The position numbers were made by a program, and so were the translations under genes. Positions 1 through 10,441 of a stretch of DNA of 64,000 nucleotides are shown in pieces; positions within the stretch are counted from its first letter, which is position 1; every line of letters starts with the position of its first letter. The DNA comes from Squalus acanthias (Eukaryota): contig CM059432.1 in NCBI GenBank assembly GCA_030390025.1, positions 35,404,001 through 35,468,000 on the forward strand, read 5' to 3'. The notes under the pieces were generated by a model. The model saw nothing but the letters and a program-made list of their open reading frames with translations. It did no database searches and was not told the DNA's origin.

Positions 1-2394
1 GACCATAACATGGTTGAATTCCATATTCAATTAGAGGGTGAGAAGGTTGGATCTCAAACAAGCGTGCTAAGCTTGAATAAAGGAGACTATGAAGGTATGC
101 GAGCGGAATTGAGTGGAGTGGATTGGGAAAATAGATTAAAGGGTAAGACGATACATGATCAGTGGTGTACATTTAAGGAGTTATTTTACAACTTCCAAAA
201 AATATATATTCCACTGAGAAGAAAAGGGTGTAAAAGAAAAGACAGTCATCCATGGCTAAGTAAAGAAATTAAGGATAATATTCGACTATAAGCCCTTGTT
301 TTTAAGGTAGCAAAATCTAGTGGGAGGATAGAGGATTGGGAAAACTTTAAAAGACAGCAAAAAATAACAAAGATTGATTAAGAAAGGGAAGATAGATTAT
401 GAAAGTAAATTAGCAAAAAATATAAAAACAGATAGTAAGAGTTTTTATAGTTATATAAAAAGAAAAAGGGTGGCTAAAGTAAATGTTGGTCCCTTAGAGG
501 ATGAGACCAGGAAATTAATGGTGGGAAATATGGAGATGGCAAATACACTGAATGAATATTTTGTATCAGTCTTTACAGTAGAGGACACTAAGAATATCCC
601 AACACTGGACAAACAGGGGGCTTATAGGGGGGGGGAGGAGCTAAACACGATCAAAATCACTAAGGAAGCGGTACTCGGTAAAATAATGGGACTCAAGGCG
701 GATAAATCACCTGGACCTGATGGCTTACATCCTAGGGTCTTGAGGGAAGTGGCGGTAGGGACTGTGGATGCATTGGTAATTTTCCAAAACTCCCTGGACT
801 CAGCAAAGATCCCGGCAGACTGGAAAACTGCTAATGTAACACCCTTATTTAAAAAGGGCAGTAGATAGAAGGCTGGAAACTATAGACCGGTTAGCCTAAC
901 ATCTGTGGTAGGTAAAATTTGGGAGTCCATTATTGAGGAGACAGTAACGGGACATTTGGATAATCATAATTTAATAGGACAAAGTCAGCATGGTTTTATG
1001 AAGGGGAAGTCATGTTTGACAAATTTGCTGGAGTTCTTTGAGGAAGTAACACACAGGGTGGATAAAGGGGAACCAGTGGATGTGGTGTATTTAGACTTCC
1101 AAAAAGGCATTTGACAAGGTGCCACACAAGATTATTGCTTAAGATAAAAAATCACGGGATTGAGGGTAATATTCTGGCATGGATAGAGGATTGGCTATCT
1201 AACAGAAGGCAGAGAGTTGGGATAAATGGTTCATTCTCAGACTGGCAATCAGTAACTAGTGGTGTTCCGCAGGGGTCAGTGCTGGGTCCCCAACTCTTTA
1301 CAATCTATATTAACGATTTGGAGGAGGGGACCGAGTGTAACATATCAAAGTTTGCAGATGATACAAAGATGGGAGGGAAAGTAGTGAGTGAGGAGGACAT
1401 AAAAAATCTGCAAGGGGACATAGACAGGCTAAGTAAGTGGGCAGAGATTTGGCAGATGGAATACAATACTGGAAAGTGTGAGGTTATGCACTTTGGCAGG
1501 AAAAATAGTAGAGCAAGTTATTATCTTAATGGCAAGAAACTGGAAAGTACTGAAGTACAAAGGGATCTGGGGGTCCTGGTGCAGGAAACTCAAAAGGTTA
1601 GTATGCAGGTGCAGCAAGTGATTAAGAAGGCCAATGGAATGTTGGCTTTCATTGCTAAGGGGATAGAATATAAAAATAGGGAGGTATTGCTTCAGTTGTA
1701 CAAGGTATTGGTGAGACCGCACCTGGAATACTGCATACAGTTTTGGTGTCCATACTTAAGAAAAGACATACTTGCTCTCGAGTCAGTACAAAGAAGGTTC
1801 ACTCGGTTAATCCCGGGGATGAGGGGATGGACATATGAGGAGAGGTTGGGTAGATTGGGACTATACTCATTGGAGTTCAGAAGAATGAGAGCCGATCTTA
1901 TTGAAACATATAAGATTGTGAAGGGGTTGGATCGGGTGGATGCGGGGAGGATGTTCCCGATGGGTGAAACTAGAACTAGGGGGCATAGTCTTAGAATAAG
2001 GGGCTGCTCTTTCAAAACTGAGATGAGAAGGAACTATTTCACTCAGGGTGGTAGGTCCATGGCATATGCTGCCCCAAAAAGCTGTAGAAGCTACATCATT
2101 ACATAAATTTAAAACAGAAATAGACAGTTTCCTAGAAGTAAAGGGAATTAAGGGTTACGGGGAGCGGGCAGGAATTTGGCCATGAGTCTAGGTTCGGATC
2201 GGTCATGGCCCTGTGGGTAGCGTAGCCTGATCCTGCTCCTATTTTGTGTGTCCAATTCTGTTAGGTTCAGGAGATGGTTCTGTGATAGTAGATTGGCGGT
2301 CAGGATCAGATCAGCCATGATCTTATTGAATGGCGGAGCAGGCTCGAGGGGCCAATTGGCCTACTCCTGCTCCTATTTCTTATGTTCTTATGTT
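1..2394 (+). mobile_element. CR1/HER1-type LINE, ORF2 (RT) with stops and frameshifts plus 3'UTR; 5' part is outside the window
   Basis: ORF fragments contain [30 protein letters not shown] and RPHLEYC; the tail ends in (ttcttatg)n. Confidence 0.95.
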
Positions 2395-2605
2395 AATTAT
2401 AACACTGACTACTGTCCCAGCTGGGACCAGCACAGACTTGGGATTGCCCCTCGGCCTTCTTTGTACAGATGGCTCATTCACCCACTGAGCTACCAGAGCA
2501 CCAACTCTAGCTTCCCCTATTGTGAACCTTTCCAAGCTGGGTAGTTCAACGTTAGATTGCAGTTACCATAAAAGGTAGCAGTACAGAACGAAAGTCATTA
2601 CGTAC

Positions 2606-2667
2606 CACTTCTTCGATGACTGGTTCAGGCTTCCCTGCTTCAAGCTGGTCCTTCACCTTATCCTCCA
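2606..2667 (-). CDS. CCDC12: CCDC12 coding exon 4 (62 nt); gene continues beyond the left edge of the window
   Basis: Acceptor accaacag|TG and donor GTG|GTACGT; encodes (V)EDKVKDQLEAGKPEPVIEEV, resembling CCDC12 VEEKVKEQLEAAKPEPVIEEV; phase 1 in, phase 0 out. Confidence 0.96.
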
Positions 2668-3319
2668 CTGTTGGTACAAACACAGAATGAGTGCCCGTGA
2701 ACAGATGAGCAACTCGAAGTCAGCTCCTATGTACAGCCACAAATGACGTTGGAAAAGTCGCACAGTAAACTGCCTCTTCACCTTCCTTCAATGTGCCGAC
2801 TCACAGCGTCAGCGAGCCTGCAGTGCCTTGTCCAAGTAGCCGATCATCATGTGGTAGTGTTGGTAGACTATTGCACCAAGAGGGGCTGTCACAGTTGAGC
2901 CCAACAATGGACTTTCCATCAGGCCTCACGGGCTAGCGATCACCAACAGGAACCCCGGCTGGTTTCTCCCTCCCCCAGCCCAGGGGTGTCTTGGCCAGCT
3001 ATAGGCAGAGCTCAACCAACTCTGCACGGGTCAGACCTGGAACATTGCTGTGGTACTGCACCGTGCAGCCCAGGAATCAGTGCATTTACTCACCGAGACA
3101 GGAAGACAGGTAAAGCCATACTTCTCATTCCCCTCCATTTTAAATGCCATTCCTTAGCCAAAAGGAGTGGCACAAAGTATTAGCAAGCTGCTCCGAATCC
3201 TTTGCCAATAGCCACTCTAAACCAGTCCTGGGAGCCAGATGAGAAAGCCCAAGGTTTTAACTATTCTTTACTCCCCTATTGGAGAAGTCAGCTATTTTTC
3301 TAATATTTTACTCTCGGGA

Positions 3320-3440
3320 TACAGGCATCACTGGCAAGGCCGGCATTTATTGCCCGTCCTTAGTTGCCTTGGAGAAGTTGGTCGTGGGCCTTCTCCTTAA
3401 ACCGCTGCAGTTGTTGTGGCGATAGTGCTCTCACGATGGT
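3320..3440 (-). mobile_element. 3' end of a second CR1-like LINE family (ORF2 C-terminus and tail)
   Basis: Minus strand reads LQRFKEKAHDQLLQGN* followed by GGGCAATAAATGCCGGCC; the same tail occurs near 6133 and 56170. Confidence 0.6.
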
Positions 3441-4547
3441 AGAAGTCACGTGGTCCCAAGAGCCATTCTCTTGCAGCCCACCTGGGTCTCCATCATTGCA
3501 TGTGCTGGGGCACAAGCTCTCTCCGGCCCCCTTCCCTAATTTTATCCCCTCCCTCCCCTCCCCGTGCCAACTCACACTGAGGCACACTATCTGAAGAATC
3601 TTATTGCAGCACATCTGAAAATAAACACCTTAAACCCAGCGGTGCTAGAGACCCACGACTTGAGTGGTCTCGATGGTCTTGGATCCATGCCTTCCAGCTA
3701 GAGTCTGCTAAACGCGTCGGCTTATGCTACAAGTACATGTTACACGAGGCATCTGGCTGTTAGAGGAAGGGGTCTTACTTATAAATTACCACTCAAATCA
3801 ATAATATTATTAAACATTGAAGTCAGACGTCATAAATTGATTGCACATGCAATAGTACTTAAACGTACACTTAAAGTAATACTTACAACCACACTTGATG
3901 AACGTTGGTTGGGGATTCAAATGTGTTACATTTCTGAGCTTAGTATCTTAGGCCTTTACGAATCCAAACACTCATTACAGCAGTTTTTGTACATTACTCT
4001 AACTGCCTCCACGTTACTCCCTCTACATGACAATCCACACAATTCTCCATTACATACTTATATAAAAGTTAAAATACAACTCCGTATATGGAGAATTTAA
4101 TTGACTTATCCCTCATCAATAACTTTAGTTTTCCTTACTTAATGAGCTCTTTTTCCAATTGAGCTGAGTATAACTCCCTTACTTTGTTATCTTATCACGT
4201 TTCACTCGTTCCATATAATTGCTATTTTGCCAAGTGACATCTTTAATTATAAGTCTGTTATTGTTTCTGTATCATTCGTACCAATAAAAAAAAATGGTGT
4301 ATGCCCAGAGATTTTCCTTTCAGAACTAACTTATCAAATTATTAAAAGTTCTCAAACTTATGAATCAGTAGGCAATGGCACATCTTCAATTAAGTCTCTC
4401 ATTACTTCATCCTGAAACAGACCATTGCTGCAGGGTCAGCCCTGGCCCAGCAGCCCAGTGGTACTTTAAATTGACATTCTTGAGAAAACTGCACTGAAAG
4501 GGGGTTTCGGGGGCTAGCACATGGGTTGCATCACACATGGTACTAAC

Positions 4548-4627
4548 CTGAGGCCGGCTTGGCGTTGGGCACTTGCCGTTCTTTCAGTTCTTTATCTTCT
4601 GGGACATAGTTACGGAGTTTTAATTCT
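4548..4627 (-). CDS. CCDC12: CCDC12 coding exon 3 (80 nt)
   Basis: Acceptor tcctcttccag|A and donor CAG|GTTAGT; encodes (R)ELKLRNYVPEDKELKERQVPNAKPAS, containing the Cwf18 'LRNYVPED' motif; phase 2 in, phase 1 out. Confidence 0.96.
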
Positions 4628-4730
4628 CTGGAAGAGGATGAACAAAGTAGTTTGAAAAAAAGATTTTACAATGTTGGTGTCGTTTAATAAAAAATAGCTG
4701 TTGGTTTTAGGTATCTGACTAGATCAAGGT

Positions 4731-5187
4731 GTCAGTCTTGGCTCAGTGGTAGCACTCTCTCCTGAGTCAGAAGGCAATGGGTTCAAGTCCCACCTCAGAG
4801 ACTTGAGCGCATAATCCAGGCTGACACTTCAGTGCAGTACTGAGAGAGTGCTGCACTGTCGGAGGTGTCGTCTTTCAGATAAGATGTTAAACCAAGGTCT
4901 TGTCTGCCCTCTCAGGTGGATATAAAAGATCCCATAGCACAATTCAATGAAGAGCGGGGCGTTCTCCCGGTGTCCTGGCCAACATTTATCTCTCAAACTA
5001 CATCACTAAAACAGATTATCTAGTCATTTATCCAATTGCTGTTTGTGGGGCCATGTGCGCAAATTGGCTGCTACATTTCCTACAAATGCAACAGTGACTA
5101 CACTTCAAAAAGTAATTAATTGGCTGTGAAGCAATTTGAGACAACCTAAGGACGTGAAATGCACTATATCAATACAAGTTCTCTCTT
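4731..5187 (+). mobile_element. tRNA-headed SINE of SacSINE1/DeuSINE type, near full length
   Basis: A-box TGGCTCAGTGG, B-box GGTTCAAGTCC, conserved body (gatcccatagcac...cattgctgtttgtggg) and L2-like tail; many related copies in the window. Confidence 0.8.
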
Positions 5188-5649
5188 AGGAACGCAGAAG
5201 TGTAGTTTGAAAAATAGTAAACAATGGAACGATGGAATAAAGGAAAAAGGGAGGTGGGAGGAAAGAAACGAGGGAGAGGGGGAAGGAGGCATTTATACGG
5301 TGCTTCATCACATTCCAAAGCACGTCACATAAAATGCATTACTTTGAAGTGTAGAGACTGTTGTTACGTAGGCGAACACGGCAGCTAGTTTGGATAGAGC
5401 AAGATTTCATAAACAGCGATAAATTGAAGACCAGTTAATCTGTTTTTGGCAGTGTTGGTTGAGGAAGGAATATTGCCCTGGACATCAGGAGAACTCCCCT
5501 GCTCTGCTTTCAATTGGGATCTTTGACATCCACTTAAGCCAGTGGAACAGATAGACCTTGGTTTAATATCTCATCACGCTCTTTCAATTCCTTTCCGTCA
5601 AATATCTACATAGTTCCCTCTTGAATATCCTGACACTCTCCAGCTACAC

Positions 5650-5822
5650 AGAACAGAAAATGCTGGAAAAACATCAGGGCCATCAGCATCTGAAAGAGGA
5701 AAAGGGGAGGTTAATATTTCACCCGAACAGTTCTGACAAAGGGTTATACCGAAAACTTCTCTTCACAGATGCTGACATGGCTACTGTGTCTTTTTCAGCA
5801 TTTCCTGTTTTTCCTTCAGATT
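5650..5822. mobile_element. Degenerate palindromic Penelope-terminus-derived short element
   Basis: cagaaaatgctggaaaa...tttcagcatttcctg inverted ends; internal agttctgacaaagg remnant of the hammerhead core. Confidence 0.55.
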
Positions 5823-6610
5823 TGAAGTTTTTTTCCCCCAGTTAAGAGACATTAAAAAAATTGAGGGTTTCTAGGACATGGAAATGCCCTACCAGAAACA
5901 GTGGTGGACGCATAATTCATTTTAAAGAGAAATGGATAAATATTTGAAGAAGAATTTTTTTTTTTTTTTTTTTTAAGTATATGGGGAAAGTGGATAGCTC
6001 TTTCAGAAAGGCAGCACAGCTGTGATCGGCAGTAGAGCCTCTTCTGCCCTATAAAATTCTATTTTTTTTAATTCATTCTTGGGATGTGGGTGTTGCAAGG
6101 ACACCAGGAAAACTCCCCTGCTCTTCTTTCAAGGCCGGCATTTATTGCCCATCTCTAGTTGCCCCTGACGTACAACTAAGTGGCTTGCTAAGTGACTAGG
6201 CCAGACCGGGAAAGGATGGGAGGTTTCTTTCCCTAAACGACAATAGCGAACCAGTTGGGTTTTTTACGACAATCCCAACAACTTCAGTCACTTTTACCGA
6301 TACCAGCTTTTTACTTCCAGATTTTTAAAACTGAATTCAATTTCTTAAACTGTCGAATCGATTCTACATATGTGCACTAATAAAATCTAAGCCACTTTTG
6401 AATTTGAGTTTTTATCCTATTGAATCATAAAATCATAGAGTAATGAAGCACAGAAGGATGTCATTCGGCCCAACATGCCTGTGCTTGCTCTTTGAAAGAG
6501 CTACCCAATTAGTGCCACTCCCCTTGTCTTTCTCCATAGCTCTGCAAATTTTTCCTTTTCAAGGAAATATCTAGCGTAAGGACATCGACAATCAACACAA
6601 TCTAAGGGGA

Positions 6611-7103
6611 ATAACAACAGAAAACGCTGGAAAAACTCAGCAGGCCAGGCAGCATCCGTGAAGAGAGAAACAGAGTTAACGTTTCAGGTCGAAGACCTTT
6701 CGTCAGAACTGGGAAAAAAAAAGCAGGAAATGGAATAGATTTTAAAGCAGGTTTAGGGGCAGGGAAATGGGGGAGGGGATGAAAGAACAAAAGGGAAGGT
6801 CAGTGATAGGATAGAAAGCAGGAGAGATTGAGAGACATTGAGAGATATTCAAGGCAAGAGGAGGTGGTAATGTGACAGGTTAAGGAACAAAGGATGGCTC
6901 CAGATGAAGTGTGAAATGCACTGGCAGAATGAAGGACAGCTGCCATGTGGGAGGGGAGAAAAAAAGGCCAAACAAAAAGTGTGGATAAAAAAATTATATA
7001 AAATGTGATAGGGGCCGAGGTTATGATCTGAAATTGTTGAACTCTATGTTGAGTCCAGAGGGCTGTAGAGTGCCTAATCGAAAGATGAGTATTTTGCTAT
7101 TAT
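6611..7103 (-). mobile_element. Penelope-like element 3' fragment with a 14-bp flanking duplication
   Basis: Clearly homologous to 58515-58960; flanked by ACAATCTAAGGGGA at 6597-6610 and 7104-7117. Confidence 0.85.
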
Positions 7104-7114
7104 ACAATCTAAGG

Positions 7115-7655
7115 GGACCCTGCATCAGTGCATCAGGCAGCTAACGGGGATCTTGCATCAGTGCAGTCAGCTACCTAAAGGAACCCTGCGTCAGTGCAGT
7201 CAGCTACCTAAAGGAACCCTGCGTCAGTGCAGTCAGCTACCTAAAGGAACCCTGCATCAGTGCAGTCAGCTACCTAAAGGAACCCTGCGTCAGTGCAGTC
7301 AGCTACCTAAAGGAACCCTGCATCAGTGCAGTCAGCTACCTAACGAGACCCTGCATCAGTGCAGTCAGCTACTTAATGGGGATCTTGCATCAGTGCAGTC
7401 AGCTACCGAACAAGACCCTGCATCAGTGCAGTCAGGCACCAAACAGGGACCCTGCATTGATGTCATCAGACACCTAACGTGAATTCTGCATCATTGTAGT
7501 CAGGCAGCAAATGGCGACCCTGCATCAGTCCAGTCATCTAGCTAACGTGAATCCTGCATCAGTGCAGTCAGGCAGTTAACAGGGACGCTGTATCAATGCA
7601 GTCAGCTACCGAATGGGGACCGTACATCAGTGCAGTCAGGTGCCTAACAGAATCC
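7115..7655 (+). repeat. 33-bp minisatellite (GAACCCTGCGTCAGTGCAGTCAGCTACCTAAAG), about 15 units, decaying toward the right
   Basis: Direct tandem units are visible and produce the spurious 11-aa repeat ORF QCSQLPKGTLR. Confidence 0.92.
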
Positions 7656-8331
7656 TGAGGCCCACGCGCTTGATGTCTGACGGTAGGCCGTCATCTTGAT
7701 CAGTTCATATCACGTCAGGCTGGTTGGTCACAGTCTTTTTATATTTAGTCATGCATTGTAATTTAGAGCCACAATGACTCTGGCACTCAAAGTCAGGCAT
7801 CAAGGGAGCTGCAGCTCAGCTAAAGTGGCATCGCACTGGTGAAGGAGGACGCTGTAGCGGGGCTGGTTGAGGCACCTGGTTGGGACAATGCAGTGGGAGA
7901 TTCACGCTTCATTTAACTCTTGCAATACCCAGTCCTTGAATGCAAGTACAACTCTTTAACAACCACCTTCTCAGCCAGAATGCTGCACCAAAAATGTCGT
8001 GAGCTGGAAGGACACACACACAAACAGCTCCGATTTAGGGTTCCTGGCCCATCATCAACGCCTCCCGTTTAACCTCCCTTTTCGTTCCCCATGGGAGTAG
8101 GGATTGCCTTCTCCTAAAGTTCAAACTAAAATTAGTGCTCCTCATACACAGTGACTGTGCTTCATGCAGAATGACTTCAATGTTGCTGCACTCTGCCCTC
8201 TGCTCCTTGATAAGATGAATATGTAGCAATGACTCAGCAAAGCAGATCACTGAAAGTCCGGCAGCTAACGGGGATCTTGCAGCCAAAGTCCGCACACACT
8301 GTGTCCACAGGGAAAGTTCGCACACACTAGT

Positions 8332-9050
8332 GGGCCAGAAACTCGGGTCTCCACGGGTGAGTACGCGCTGTGTACTCACCCGTAAACCCAACGAAAGTGC
8401 CGGTTTCGTGCATGCGCTGGAAACCGGAACTCCTGTTCCCTTGAAGGAAGGGGTTCGGAGGTCAAGCGCGCACGCATCGAACTTCCATTTTTTTTCAGGT
8501 TTCTGTGTGAGGGTAAGTCCTCAGCAGCTGCGCGGGGAAAAAGCAGGCTTTTAACAAGGTAAGTGGTGAATTAACTAAAATTAAAACATTTTTTTCCCCA
8601 CAGGTTTATTATTTTTAAATACTTTAAAGAAAGGTAAGTTTATTTTTAGCCCCGTTAAAAACTGTAATTAATTTTTTCAAAAATTTAAATTGTTTACAAT
8701 AGTTATGTGTAATTTATAGTTATTTTAAAAATGTGATTTAAAAAAAAAATGTATTTGAAGTTTTAGTGAGGTTTTGGGGCCGATCTCTATTCATAGATTT
8801 GACAGGTCTTCCTGTCAAATCTATGAATGGAGATTCCCTGCTCCGATTGGCTCTCCATGGTCCACGTGATCCCAGGGGACGCTTCGAACTAACTGCGCCC
8901 CTGGGATACGCAAGCACTGCACACCGGCAGCTGGAGGAGGCCCAGGATCGGAATTCCACGCGGACCCAGAGCACAACGGCAGGCGCGCTAGGTAAGTGCA
9001 GGTTGGGGGGCTTGCACCCGCGGGAAGCCTCCGACCCGAATTTCTGGCCC
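8332..9050. mobile_element. Non-autonomous TIR element (MITE), PIF/Harbinger-like, 719 bp
   Basis: TIRs GGGCCAGAAACTCGGGTC / GACCCGAATTTCTGGCCC; 3-bp flanks AGT/ACT; no transposase ORF; internal perfect hairpin. Confidence 0.75.
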
Positions 9051-9081
9051 ACTGTGCCCACAGGGAAAGTCCGCACACACT

Positions 9082-9860
9082 GGGCTGGATTTTGTCTTGG
9101 GGTCGGGTTGGGGTCGTGTCATCCGCATTTCGTGTTCCCCCCCCCCGACTCCAGATTAATGTGGATGAATGATGCAATTTTCACTTAATTGGGCAATTGA
9201 GTTCCAGCATGTGGGAACCCATGAACCAATTAGTGGTTTCAGTCTGAAAGTCGCCTCTGATGATGTCATCATTGCTGACTGCCTGGTCTCAGAGACTGTC
9301 TGGCTGTTGGTGAGAGCGGACCTGCCTGGCTTTTGATGTGAGTGGACTTGGATGCAAAATGGAGAGAGAGAGAGAAGAGAGAGAGAGATTTTTGCATCCA
9401 AGCCCTCTCACAGCAAAGGCCATGCAGTCTCTGAAAACATTCAATGCAGCAGCATCAGAGGTGATTTTCAGATCTAATACTACTACCCATCACAATACTA
9501 CTACCTTCATCACATCTCCGTTGTAATAGTGGACCTGCAGCTGATAGTCAGCTATCCACTTGTGCTCCCGCCAGGTTTCACTGGAATGTTTCACATCAGG
9601 CGTACTTCACGTCGGAAAAGGGTTAAACTAGCTAAAACCTTTCAAAATGGCATTGCAGAGCCAATTTAGGGCTTGTTAAGGGCTTTAATGGCCTCTCCCG
9701 CCTCTTGGAGGCAGGACGGAGTCGGGAACCCTGCGACTGATTTGTCAAAATTGTGTGGAGGCGGAATGGAGTCAGGATGGGGTCGAGACCCCCGACTTCG
9801 CAAATTTAACCCCCCACACGCCTCCAAACCCGACTCCATGGGTCATTCAAAATCCAGCCC
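9082..9860. mobile_element. Second, different non-autonomous TIR element (MITE), PIF/Harbinger-like, 779 bp
   Basis: TIRs GGGCTGGATTTTG / CAAAATCCAGCCC, 3-bp TSD ACT, and subterminal inverted similarity (ggggtcgggttgg / ccaaacccgactcc). Confidence 0.8.
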
Positions 9861-10441
9861 ACTGTGTCCACAGGGAAAGTCCGCACACACTGGAGGTTTA
9901 CATACTACCAACCCCGCACTGAACGAACAACCCCACATAGAAACAGCTTTCTTTTCTTTTATTGTCCTTCATTACTCTCCTGAAGTGTCAGGTCACTCAC
10001 TGAAGCAAGGTCAAAAGGGCACAAGCAGCAAGTACCGTCCCCATGTCCAGGTCACTGTTAAACAGGGTATTCAATGGAGAAGGGCATTACAGCAGAGTCA
10101 GATCCTCTCCTCACCAGACATCTGTTTCACACATCTTCCAACAGTGGTCGTTAGATAGCAATCAGGAATGGATACTCTGTGTTCGCACCCTCCCTCCCCT
10201 AACTCAAAGGCACTGAGGCCACTGTCGCATGGAGAGCACTGCAATATCAGAATGCAGTGGATCTGTGCCTGTGCTGTGGAATATTTGCCACTTGAGGGCA
10301 GCAGATATCACCAACACCTCTCTAACTGCCGAGCCGAATGACATGTACAACCAACAGAAGGTACTTGAAACACACGCCAGCATCTGAAGAGACAGGTTAA
10401 CATTTCAAATTTCTAGCACTGCAGGTGTTTTGTTTTTAGTC

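Larger units (their letters stand above)
8285..9891 (+). repeat. 28-bp tandem repeat (AAAGTCCGCACACACTGTGTCCACAGGG) interrupted by two TIR elements
   Basis: Repeat sequence at 8285-8328, 9051-9081 and 9861-9891. Confidence 0.88.

Noticed and set aside
7153..7482. 109-aa ORF with 11-aa repeats
   Set aside because: By-product of a 33-bp minisatellite; non-ATG start and no splice or homology support.
8738..9188. Overlapping 112-140 aa ORFs on both strands
   Set aside because: GC-rich MITE sequence spanning element boundaries; no transposase or other motifs.
8285..9891. CRISPR-like or integron-like interpretation of the 28-bp repeats
   Set aside because: The spacers are 700-800 bp TIR-bounded elements, the context is a vertebrate intron, and there are no cas or integrase genes.
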